Shown here: piece after piece, positions 9,870-17,711 of the stretch
Numbering within the stretch: position 1 is the stretch's first letter
Layout: each line of letters opens with the position of its first letter
Assembly (NCBI GenBank): GCA_041663045.1
Contig: JBAZRH010000001.1
Location: forward strand, 340,403 to 404,402
Direction: 5' to 3'
Length of the DNA: 64,000 nucleotides
Source: Minisyncoccota bacterium
Lineage (GTDB): Bacteria; Patescibacteriota; Minisyncoccia; Phycocordibacterales; GWA1-40-21
Made by a program: the position numbers and the translations under genes
The notes under the pieces: model-generated
Told to the model about the DNA's origin: nothing
Database searches by the model: none
The model's input: only the letters and a program-made list of their open reading frames with translations

Positions 9870-11432
9870 ATGATTGATCACACCAGAAAATTTTTTATAT
9901 ACACTCGTAAATCTACCGATACTGAGGATCGGCAAGTTAGAAGCATTTCGGATCAACTGGCCGAGCTTAAAGAGTTAGCGGTTAAAGAACAAATCGAGGT
10001 TGTTGATATTTTTGTGGAAAAACAAACCGCTAAAGCCCCGGGTCGGCCAGTATTTAATGAAATGCTTCTCCGTATCGAAGCAAATGAGGCAAATGGAATT
10101 TTAGCGTGGCACCCCGACAGATTGGCGAGAAATAGTGTTGATGGTGGAAAAATTATCTATTTGCTCGATACGGGAAAAATTGCCGAGCTAAAATTTCCAA
10201 CTTTCTGGTGTGATACAACACCGCAAGGAAAGTTTATGCTCTCAATCGCTTTTTCTCAATCCAAGTATTACGTGGATAACTTGTCGGAGAATATCAAGCG
10301 CGGACACAGAAACAAAGTGAAGGAAGGAATATGGCCTCAAATGTCCCCGATAGGTTATGTCAATGTGAAAGGTGGTGGAATTATCCCTCACGCAGATTTA
10401 GCACCACTTGTTAAAAAGACATTTGAGGCATATTCAACTGGAAACTTCACTTTGCGGGAAGTCCGCGACAAGTTTAATGGGCTTGGATTGAAAAGAAAAA
10501 GCGGTAGAGAGCTTGCGGTGTCGAATTATCAAAAACTTCTCAAAAATCCTATTTACACCGGACTAATGAGATATAACGGAGAGATTTTTGAGGGAAAGCA
10601 CGAACCGATTATTTCAAAGAAACTTTTTGATCAATGTCAAGAAGTGATGATGAGAAAATCTAAACCTCACTCGAAAGGGCTAAAGCCATTTTTGTACAGA
10701 GGATTTTTCCGTTGCGGAGAATGTGGCTGTTTTATAACTACCGAGCAACAAAAAGGTCATCGCTATCTCCGCTGTACCAAACGGAAAAATCCTTGTACTC
10801 AAAAATATGTTCGTGAGGAGCTCATCACTTCTCAAATTCAAAATGAAATCAAAAAAGTTTCTTTGCCTCTCGATTGGACGGAGTGGATGATTGCCGAAAA
10901 TGCAAAAGATCGGCAATCAGAAGTCCAATCGAGTTCGCTTTTTGTGGATTCTGCAAAAGCCGATATTTCTCTTTTAGATTCCAAGATTGAGAAGCTGATG
11001 ACGGCGTATTTAGAGAACGCACTTTCAATTGAAGAATATCGCGACGCAAAAAGTGCGCTGGTTGCCTCAAAACAGCTTCTCAAAGAGAAATTATCGGCTT
11101 TTGAGCAAAAAGCGAATAATCGGTTCGAACTTACCGAAAAGTTTTTGAAATACAATATGGAATTGGCAAACGAGGGAACAAATGAAGAAAAACTTCATTT
11201 GTTCAAAAAAGTCGGTTCGAACTTTTTAATTAAGGATCGAACCGTACTTTTTGAGCCACGCGGAGCGTGGAAAACCCTTTTGGATTCTGAATTCGGCGGG
11301 GGGAATGCATTAGTGTCGCGCCTTCGGCGCGACCCCATTTTGGCTTCAAAAACTGATTTCGATTTTTGGCGGAAGTGGGAGGATTCGAACCTCCGATGCC
11401 CTTTCGAGCATGCCGCTTTTCGAGAGCGGTGA
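9870..11432 (+). CDS. large serine recombinase (resolvase/invertase N-terminal domain + recombinase domain + zinc ribbon)
   Basis: 520 aa; N-terminal YTRKSTDTEDRQ catalytic-serine region, CGECGC...C zinc-ribbon-like segment, C-terminal coiled coil. Its last ~57 codons are encoded by the inverted repeat and by the antisense of tRNA-Ser. Confidence 0.85.
   Translation: MIDHTRKFFIYTRKSTDTEDRQVRSISDQLAELKELAVKEQIEVVDIFVEKQTAKAPGRPVFNEMLLRIEANEANGILAWHPDRLARNSVDGGKIIYLLDTGKIAELKFPTFWCDTTPQGKFMLSIAFSQSKYYVDNLSENIKRGHRNKVKEGIWPQMSPIGYVNVKGGGIIPHADLAPLVKKTFEAYSTGNFTLREVRDKFNGLGLKRKSGRELAVSNYQKLLKNPIYTGLMRYNGEIFEGKHEPIISKKLFDQCQEVMMRKSKPHSKGLKPFLYRGFFRCGECGCFITTEQQKGHRYLRCTKRKNPCTQKYVREELITSQIQNEIKKVSLPLDWTEWMIAENAKDRQSEVQSSSLFVDSAKADISLLDSKIEKLMTAYLENALSIEEYRDAKSALVASKQLLKEKLSAFEQKANNRFELTEKFLKYNMELANEGTNEEKLHLFKKVGSNFLIKDRTVLFEPRGAWKTLLDSEFGGGNALVSRLRRDPILASKTDFDFWRKWEDSNLRCPFEHAAFRER
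11253..11372. repeat. right copy of the 120-bp inverted repeat; doubles as the tRNA-Ser 3' trailer
   Basis: see 9729..9848; contains a GGGGTCGCG block shared with other tRNA-trailer modules. Confidence 0.9.
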
Positions 11433-11456
11433 TTTCAACCACTCACCCACACTTCC
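11367..11456 (-). tRNA. tRNA-Ser (anticodon CGA), CCA encoded
   Basis: acceptor GGAAGTG/CACTTCC, 3-bp D-stem, anticodon stem CCGCT/AGCGG with loop CTCGAAA, long variable arm, T-arm GGAGGTTCGAATCCTCC, discriminator G + CCA. Confidence 0.85.
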
Positions 11457-11521
11457 ATGTTTGTAAAGATAACATCTTTTTGCCTTTTTTTCAAAAAAAG
11501 GTTATATTGTTTGAGCCGTTT

Positions 11522-11596
11522 GGCCCTATCGTCTAATGGTTAGGACACGGCCTTTTCAAGGCTGTAATCAGGGTTCGATTCCCTGTAGGGTCACCA
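11522..11596 (+). tRNA. tRNA-Glu (anticodon TTC), CCA encoded
   Basis: acceptor GGCCCTA/TAGGGTC, D-arm TCGTCTAATGGTTAGGAC, anticodon loop TTTTCAA, T-loop TTCGATT. Confidence 0.85.
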
Positions 11597-11745
11597 AAAA
11601 TTTACACAGTAATATTTTTGTGATTTTAAAATGTAAAAGTCTTTACATTTTAAAAGAATCGAAAGACGGACTGAGTAAAGACGAAGGAGTCGGGGTCGAG
11701 AGATTTTTCAGCAGAAAAATACTCGTGACCGATTCACCTTAATAA
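11597..11745 (+). repeat. tRNA-trailer module downstream of tRNA-Glu (family member, lacks a clean terminal direct repeat)
   Basis: contains GGAGTCGGGGTCGAGAG and CGTGACCGATTCACC blocks matching GAGGCGGGGTCGCGA and TTGTGACCGATTCA in the tRNA-Gly and tRNA-Lys modules; AT-rich hairpin right after the tRNA. Confidence 0.55.
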
Positions 11746-11751
11746 AATCAA

Positions 11752-11784
11752 ATGAAAATCTTAGGCATTGAAACCAGTTGCGAC
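11752..11784 (+). other. orphan duplicate of the first 11 codons of tsaD (MKILGIETSCD) with 7 synonymous differences
   Basis: ATGAAAATCTTAGGCATTGAAACCAGTTGCGAC versus the real start ATGAAGATTCTAGGAATCGAGACCAGTTGCGAT at 11863. It is followed by a short out-of-context reading frame. Confidence 0.8.
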
Positions 11785-11862
11785 CCCGTAAAAATTTATC
11801 AGAATAAACTAACGGGGCGAGAAGTGGTATTTTTGTATTTTATCTGCTAAATTATACTTAAC

Positions 11863-13059
11863 ATGAAGATTCTAGGAATCGAGACCAGTTGCGATGAAAC
11901 AGCAGTTTGCTTAATTGAAACCGACAAAGAAGTCGGCAATATTAAAATACTTGGTAATCAGCTATATTCTCAAATCGCTTTACATGCACAATATGGCGGA
12001 GTTTTCCCTATGATGGCAAAAAGAGAACATGCAAAAAATCTTATTCCACTGTTTGAAAGATGTTTGGAAGAAGCGAGCTGTATAAAAGAAGTAAGATCTC
12101 CTATCCTAGAATCAGCAAGAGAAAAACTCAAAGAACTCCTTGTAAAAGAAATGGATATTTTTGATCAGATTATTGAGCTTGCGGAGAAAATCGAAAAGCC
12201 AAATATAGATGCGATTGCCGTGACAAACGGCCCGGGGCTTGAGCCGGCACTTTGGGTCGGTGTGAATTTTGCAAAAGCACTTGAAATTATTTGGAATATT
12301 CCTATCATCCCCACAAATCATATGGAGGGACATATCCTTGTCGCAGCTATTGATAAAATAAAAACCGAGGAGTCACCTTCCAAGGCTAAGGAAACACCTC
12401 AATTTTTATTAAAAGAGATTAAATTCCCCGCTATCGCTCTTCTTATAAGTGGTGGGCATACCCAGCTTGTCCTCGCAAAAGACAATCTTCAATATGAAAT
12501 CGTCGGCAATACGAGAGACGACGCTGTGGGCGAAGCTTTTGATAAAGTTGCAAGGATTCTCGGTCTTCCATACCCGGGTGGACCACAGATTTCTAAACTC
12601 GCCGAAAAAGAAAGGGCAGAAAATCCAGATAAAAAACCGCCATATCCCCTACCTCGCCCCATGATCCATTCGGGTGATTTGGATTTTTCATTTTCCGGTT
12701 TGAAAACCGCGGTGCTTTATACTGTTAAAAAAATTCCCGAGATGACCGAAGAGATCAAACAAGAAATCGCCTGTGAATTTGAAAATGCCGTCTTGGAAGT
12801 GTTGACTAAGAAAACATTTGAAGCCGTCAGAAAATATAGTGCGAAAACAATAATAATTGGTGGAGGTGTCAGCGCAAATAAAAAGATAAGAAACGACTTT
12901 ACCGAAAAATCCAAAGCAGAAGATGTTGAACTGATGATTCCTGAAGTAAATGCTTCCACAGATAATGCCTTTATGATAGCCCTTGCCGGAGCGATAAATT
13001 TAGAAGCCGGTAAGAAAACCGCTACGGATTTCAGGGCAAGTGGGAATCTATCGCTTTAA
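11863..13059 (+). CDS. tsaD: tRNA N6-adenosine threonylcarbamoyltransferase TsaD (Kae1/TsaD family)
   Basis: 398 aa; MKILGIETSCDET N-terminus, HMEGH metal-binding motif, Gly-rich ASKHA fold segments; carries an insertion relative to typical 340-aa TsaD. Confidence 0.85.
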   Translation: MKILGIETSCDETAVCLIETDKEVGNIKILGNQLYSQIALHAQYGGVFPMMAKREHAKNLIPLFERCLEEASCIKEVRSPILESAREKLKELLVKEMDIFDQIIELAEKIEKPNIDAIAVTNGPGLEPALWVGVNFAKALEIIWNIPIIPTNHMEGHILVAAIDKIKTEESPSKAKETPQFLLKEIKFPAIALLISGGHTQLVLAKDNLQYEIVGNTRDDAVGEAFDKVARILGLPYPGGPQISKLAEKERAENPDKKPPYPLPRPMIHSGDLDFSFSGLKTAVLYTVKKIPEMTEEIKQEIACEFENAVLEVLTKKTFEAVRKYSAKTIIIGGGVSANKKIRNDFTEKSKAEDVELMIPEVNASTDNAFMIALAGAINLEAGKKTATDFRASGNLSL

Positions 13060-13117
13060 TAAGTTATCCACTTTCTGTTGTTGATTTTAATTAAAATAGA
13101 GCTAATATAATCAGGCC

Positions 13118-13330
13118 TTAGAATTTGGTACCTGCCCCATGGTGCAGTGACCATAAATCTGAGAGCTCCAAGTTCCCCATACGGGAACGGTCATGAACGC
13201 GAGGGTTCAACATCAGAACAACCCAACGCCCTGACCACAAGGAGGACACGGGGTACGTCCTTAAAGACCCAGCCCCCGACAAAACGATCATCTTTATCAA
13301 GATCGTCTAGTCGGGGCCTTTTCTTTTGTC
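13118..13330 (+). other. GC-rich (about 50%) structured non-coding region upstream of valS ending in a compound hairpin + T-tract; candidate leader/attenuator or small ncRNA
   Basis: strong local GC excess in an AT-rich genome; CCCCGAC...GTCGGGG hairpin followed by TTTTCTTTTG; no T-box, RNase P, SRP or tmRNA signature could be matched by eye. Confidence 0.3.
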
Positions 13331-13361
13331 TAAATATCATTTTTTTGCTATTATTCTTCAC

Positions 13362-15575
13362 ATGAATGATAAATTTTTGAAACCCTATAATCCGCAAGAA
13401 ACCGAACCGAGAATCTACCAGAAATGGCTAGATAGCGGATATTTCAATCCAGACAATCTCCCAGAAAGGCATAAAACCCCCTACACCATAATAATGCCAC
13501 CTCCAAATGTTACCGGCGTCCTTCACATGGGTCATGCTCTCACTTTGACTCTTGAAGATATAATGATCCGCTACAATAGAATGTGTGGTAAGAAAACTCT
13601 TTGGCTTCCGGGGACAGATCATGCTTCTATCGCCACTCAATCCAAAGTTGAAAAAGATATAAAGAAGAATGAAAATAAATCCAGATTTGATTTGGGTAGA
13701 GAAGAATTGTTAAAAAGAGTTGAAGCTTTTGCAAAACAAAGTCATGATACGATAATCTCCCAGACGAAAGTTATGGGTGCTTCTTGCGACTGGTCCCGAG
13801 AAGCATTTACGCTTGATGAGAAAAGAAATCTCGCCGTCCGCACTGCTTTCAAGAAAATGTATGACGACGGATTGATTTATAGAGGTTATAGAATAATAAA
13901 CTGGGATCCAAAAGGGCAGACAACAATTTCAGATGATGAAATTGTATACGAGGAAAGAGATGCAAAAATGTACACTTTCAAATATTCCAAAGACTTCCCC
14001 ATTTCAATATCCACCACAAGACCAGAAACAAAAGTCGGAGATACTGCCGTGGCTGTGCATCCAGACGACGCTAGGTATTATAAATATGTCGGTAAAGAAT
14101 ATGACGCCGTATTTTGTGGTGTTCCGATACATATAAAAATAATTGCGGATAAAGAAGTGGATAAAGAGTTCGGCACAGGAGCACTTGGTGTCACTCCGGC
14201 TCATAGTATGATCGACTGGGCACTTGCAGAAAGACATAACCTACCAAAAGTACAAGTAATAGATGAAAAGGCTAGAATGATGGTTGGTGGAGAAAATATA
14301 AAAGATAAAAAGGTTGCTGAAGCTAGAGAAGCTATTGTGGCATGGCTAAAATCCGAAGGACTTTTGGAAAAAGAAGAAAGTGTTAAACAAAATGTCTCTA
14401 CAGCAGAGAGAACTGGTGGAATCATCGAGCCTCTACCCAAACTTCAATGGTTTGTTGCTGTAAATAAAGAATTCACACTTCCCCACTCAAATATAAAAGG
14501 AATTAAAAGCGGGCAGAAAACGACACTGAAAGAAATAATGAAAAGTTCCGTCTCAAACGGGCAAGTAAATATTATTCCGGATTATTTCGGAAAGACATAT
14601 TTCCATTGGATAGAAAAACTCAATGACTGGTGCATTTCAAGACAGATTTGGTATGGACACAGAATTCCGGTCTGGTATAAAGGCAAAGAAATTTACTCTG
14701 GCACAGAAGCACCAAAAGAAGCTGGCTGGATTCAAGATGAAGACACTTTGGATACATGGTTTTCTTCCGCTATGTGGACATTTTCAACACTCGGCTGGCC
14801 CCATTCGATGAATACATCGACGGGCAAGCCAGAAAAGGGGTCTGATTTTGAGATGTATCATCCTACAGATGTATTGGAGACCGGATATGATATTTTATTC
14901 TTCTGGGTGGCAAGGATGATTCTTATGTCTGGATATTTGCTTGGTGATATACCATTTAAAAATGTATATCTGCACGGAATGGTTCGCGACGCAAAAGGCA
15001 GAAAGATGTCAAAAACCTTAGGCAATAATGTAGATCCTGTAGAAATGTCTGCTAAATTTGGTACAGATGCTGAAAGAATAGCATTGATAGTTGCAAACAC
15101 CCCGGGCACAGATTTTAAAATCTCGGAAGACAAAATCCGTGGTTACAAAAATTTCGCAAATAAAATATGGAATATAACGAGATTTATTTTAGAAAATACG
15201 AAAGGGACAAAACTAATTACGGATTTTGAGCAATACACAGAAAAAGATATATCATTAAGAAAAGAGAGACACGATATTCTGATTGATATTACGAAAGATA
15301 TAGACGAATACAGATTCTATATGGCTGCAGAGAAAATCTACCACTATGTCTGGCACAATCTGGCAGATATTATCCTTGAAGATAGCAAGAAAATATTAAG
15401 TAGCGGATCTGAAGAAGAAATAGTTTCTAGAAAACAATTCTTGCTCCATACTTTAGACAAGATCTTGAAAGTTTTGCACCCATTTATGCCGTTTGTCACC
15501 GAAGAAATCTGGGGCTCGCTTCCTGACTCAAAAAATCTTATAATAATAGAGGCTTGGCCAGTAAAAAATAACTAG
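13362..15575 (+). CDS. valS: valyl-tRNA synthetase (short form lacking the C-terminal coiled-coil)
   Basis: ORF 13326..15575 trimmed to MNDKFLKPYNP; class I HIGH motif (PPPNVTGVLHMGHA) and KMSKTLGN; about 737 aa. Confidence 0.9.
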   Translation: MNDKFLKPYNPQETEPRIYQKWLDSGYFNPDNLPERHKTPYTIIMPPPNVTGVLHMGHALTLTLEDIMIRYNRMCGKKTLWLPGTDHASIATQSKVEKDIKKNENKSRFDLGREELLKRVEAFAKQSHDTIISQTKVMGASCDWSREAFTLDEKRNLAVRTAFKKMYDDGLIYRGYRIINWDPKGQTTISDDEIVYEERDAKMYTFKYSKDFPISISTTRPETKVGDTAVAVHPDDARYYKYVGKEYDAVFCGVPIHIKIIADKEVDKEFGTGALGVTPAHSMIDWALAERHNLPKVQVIDEKARMMVGGENIKDKKVAEAREAIVAWLKSEGLLEKEESVKQNVSTAERTGGIIEPLPKLQWFVAVNKEFTLPHSNIKGIKSGQKTTLKEIMKSSVSNGQVNIIPDYFGKTYFHWIEKLNDWCISRQIWYGHRIPVWYKGKEIYSGTEAPKEAGWIQDEDTLDTWFSSAMWTFSTLGWPHSMNTSTGKPEKGSDFEMYHPTDVLETGYDILFFWVARMILMSGYLLGDIPFKNVYLHGMVRDAKGRKMSKTLGNNVDPVEMSAKFGTDAERIALIVANTPGTDFKISEDKIRGYKNFANKIWNITRFILENTKGTKLITDFEQYTEKDISLRKERHDILIDITKDIDEYRFYMAAEKIYHYVWHNLADIILEDSKKILSSGSEEEIVSRKQFLLHTLDKILKVLHPFMPFVTEEIWGSLPDSKNLIIIEAWPVKNN

Positions 15576-15587
15576 AGACAACAAAAC

Positions 15588-16388
15588 TTGGACTCACATT
15601 TTCTAACAGCTCTTTTCTTTGCATTCTTGGGAGGGGCGCTCCCCACGCTCGCATGGCTTTTATTTTGGCTCAAGGAAGACAGTAAAAATCCTGAGCCAAA
15701 GAGAATGATCGCTGTCGCTTTCGTCGGCGGAATTATCGCTGTTGTGGTGGCACTCTATTTAGAAAGACTTGCCTATTCAATAAATATAAAACACCTACTC
15801 TCATTCGAGTGGTATGGGCAACTTATGACTTGGCTTCAAAACTATGCAAGAATGAATGGAGAAGTTTTTGAAAAATTGACTCTTGTCACTATCTTCGCAC
15901 CCATTATAGAAGAGTCTATAAAATATGTTTTTGCATGGGCGCTTGTGTTGAGATCGAGGTATGATGATGAACCGATAGATCCAGTGATTTATATGATAAC
16001 TATCGCACTAGGGTTTGCAGCTTTAGAAAATCTAATGTTTTTAATAGAACCATTCACAAAGAATGATATCGCTATTGGTATAATGAATGGAAATATGCGA
16101 TTCGTGGGGGCTACATTGCTACACACGATGTCTTCCGCTGCTATTGGTATGTTTATCGCCTTTAATTTCTTTGATAGTAAAATCAAAAAGTTTTTATGGA
16201 CAATCGCTGGAATTATATCGGCGATATTGCTACATTCTTTATTCAATTTCTTCATGATTGGAAATAGTAGCAATGCTAGCTTCATGGGGCTCCAATATCT
16301 CTGGGTTGTAGTTATTATTGTACTTCTTTTGTTTGAAAAAATAAAAAGAGTCAAAAACAGGTCAGTTTCAAGGCAGGAATTAGATTGA
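15588..16388 (+). CDS. PrsW-family intramembrane metalloprotease-like membrane protein
   Basis: 266 aa polytopic; EESIKY (EExxK), FAALENLMF (FxxxE) and HSLFN (HxxxN) motifs of the PrsW/CPBP-like family. Confidence 0.6.
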   Translation: MDSHFLTALFFAFLGGALPTLAWLLFWLKEDSKNPEPKRMIAVAFVGGIIAVVVALYLERLAYSINIKHLLSFEWYGQLMTWLQNYARMNGEVFEKLTLVTIFAPIIEESIKYVFAWALVLRSRYDDEPIDPVIYMITIALGFAALENLMFLIEPFTKNDIAIGIMNGNMRFVGATLLHTMSSAAIGMFIAFNFFDSKIKKFLWTIAGIISAILLHSLFNFFMIGNSSNASFMGLQYLWVVVIIVLLLFEKIKRVKNRSVSRQELD

Positions 16389-16458
16389 GACTATAATCAG
16401 TTTGGTATTTGTATTTTTTGAGGTATAATTATTAGCAGTAATATTAATAAACAAAACT

Positions 16459-16911
16459 ATGTCAAAAGAAAAGAAATCATTTTGGGGGAAATTCACTAGA
16501 GCAGTAAAAGTCAGAGATGAGGATGATGAATTAGAAAATAATAGTGAGGAAAATGAATCTGAGGAGTCAGATGATGATTCAGAAGGGCAACTTGCTATCG
16601 ATATGCATCAGACCCCTACAGAGATCGTGGTGAAGACTATGATCGCCGGTGTTAAACCAGAAGATTTGGATATTTCTATTACGAGAGATATGGTTACAAT
16701 AAAAGGCAAAAGAGAAGAAAGCCACGATACATTGAGTGAAGATTACTTCCACAGGGAACTTTATTGGGGTTCCTTTTCAAGATCTATTATCCTTCCACAA
16801 GAAATAGAAGTCGAAGACGCAGAGGCGATAAATAAAAATGGTTTGCTTATAATCAGACTACCCAAGCTAGACAAAAACAGACAAGCAAAATTGAAAGTAA
16901 AATCGGCATAA
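16459..16911 (+). CDS. Hsp20/alpha-crystallin family small heat-shock protein
   Basis: 150 aa; acidic N-terminal stretch then alpha-crystallin domain (AIDMHQTPTEIVVK...GLLIIRLPK). Confidence 0.8.
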   Translation: MSKEKKSFWGKFTRAVKVRDEDDELENNSEENESEESDDDSEGQLAIDMHQTPTEIVVKTMIAGVKPEDLDISITRDMVTIKGKREESHDTLSEDYFHRELYWGSFSRSIILPQEIEVEDAEAINKNGLLIIRLPKLDKNRQAKLKVKSA

Positions 16912-16918
16912 TGTAAAA

Positions 16919-16946
16919 GCGGCGCACGAAGTGCGCCGCTTTTTTG
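16919..16946 (+). terminator. rho-independent terminator (GCGGCGCAC-GAAG-GTGCGCCGC + TTTTTT)
   Basis: perfect 9-bp GC-rich stem, 4-nt loop, T-tract, directly after hsp20 stop. Confidence 0.8.
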
Positions 16947-16958
16947 TGCCGAGGGCCG

Positions 16959-17130
16959 GGATCTCTCCTTCGCCTCTCGGTTCGCCGTCGCTTGCCTCGG
17001 AATAGGCACCAGCTCATCAGTTTTTCTTGCTAGAAAGACATGATTCCGCTGTTCTCGCCCGGACGCAAGCAAAGCAGTTTGCTTGCGTCATCGGCACATT
17101 TAAAAACACCTCATCGGTGTTTTCTAAATG
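16959..17130 (-). repeat. tRNA-trailer module attached to tRNA-Phe. Ends with a 16-nt direct repeat (TGTGCCGAGGGCCGGG, 16959..16974) of the tRNA 3' end (17129..17144)
   Basis: contains inverted pseudo-copy of the tRNA T-arm/acceptor 3' strand interrupted by the conserved hairpin GACGCAAGCAAAGCAGTTTGCTTGCGTC; conserved blocks GAGCTGGTGCC and AGCGACGGCGA; terminator-like hairpin that includes the tRNA 3' end. Confidence 0.75.
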
Positions 17131-17203
17131 TGCCGAGGGCCGGGCTCGAACCGGCGACCCCTTCCTCTTCAGGGAAATGCTCTACCAACTGAGCTACCTC
17201 GGC
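17131..17203 (-). tRNA. tRNA-Phe (anticodon GAA)
   Basis: acceptor GCCGAGG/CCTCGGC, D-arm TAGCTCAGTTGGTAGAGC, anticodon loop CTGAAGA, T-loop TTCGAGC. Confidence 0.85.
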
Positions 17204-17260
17204 AGAAGTCTTTTTAAAGACCTTTTGATATTACACTATTTTAAAAGAATTTTCCAGAGC

Positions 17261-17548
17261 TTATCTAACTTTGTCTAGGAGGTTATTGATAGGATCTGTA
17301 ATCTTTGTTGTAGCGTTTTTTACTGTTTTAAGATCATTCTGAATACCGCTATAAACGTTTGAGACCATATTTAAATATGGTTGAATAAACCAATATGTCC
17401 CAAATGCCGCAACTATTATAATAATCCAGTAAATAACTCTAAAGAATGAGCTTAATCTATTAGATCTCCTTATGCTTCTGAGAATTTTATTATTTTCTTC
17501 AGAAAGATCATGAGTTTTCTGGAGAAGCTCTTTTTCGTTTGGATTCAT
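17261..17548 (-). CDS. hypothetical small membrane protein
   Basis: 95 aa with one hydrophobic helix (VIYWIIIIVAAFGTYWF). Confidence 0.4.
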   Translation of the reverse strand: MNPNEKELLQKTHDLSEENNKILRSIRRSNRLSSFFRVIYWIIIIVAAFGTYWFIQPYLNMVSNVYSGIQNDLKTVKNATTKITDPINNLLDKVR

Positions 17549-17574
17549 AATACAATTATATATTAAAAGCTATT

Positions 17575-17710
17575 GTGCCGCCAGTAAGACGCTCCGCTAT
17601 CTCACTCCTGGGAAACCCACGGTTTTCCCAATCCTTCCTTCACGGGAAAACAAGTGTTTCCCCGACCCCCTTCCTGTTCGATTCTTACTGACAGCAAGAA
17701 TCATCCATTG
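17575..17710 (-). repeat. tRNA-trailer module attached to tRNA-Arg. Ends with a 15-nt direct repeat (GTGCCGCCAGTAAGA, 17575..17589) of the tRNA 3' end (17711..17725)
   Basis: contains inverted copy of the tRNA 3' part (GTTCGATTCTTACTG) and block CGCTCCGCTATCTCACTCCTGG homologous to the Tyr/Thr/Phe modules. Confidence 0.7.
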
Positions 17711-17711
17711 G

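Noticed and set aside
11536-11742. ORF 11536..11742(+), 68 aa
   Set aside because: It starts inside tRNA-Glu and runs through the trailer module. It is spurious.
13118-13330. T-box riboswitch upstream of valS
   Set aside because: The attenuator-like geometry is present, but the conserved T-box 14-mer (AGGGUGGNACCGCG) is not recognisable. It is kept only as a low-confidence candidate.
16975-17130. CUGAUGAG motif in the tRNA-Phe trailer module (hammerhead ribozyme core?)
   Set aside because: No matching GAAA box or three-stem arrangement could be built. The motif is absent from the other family members.
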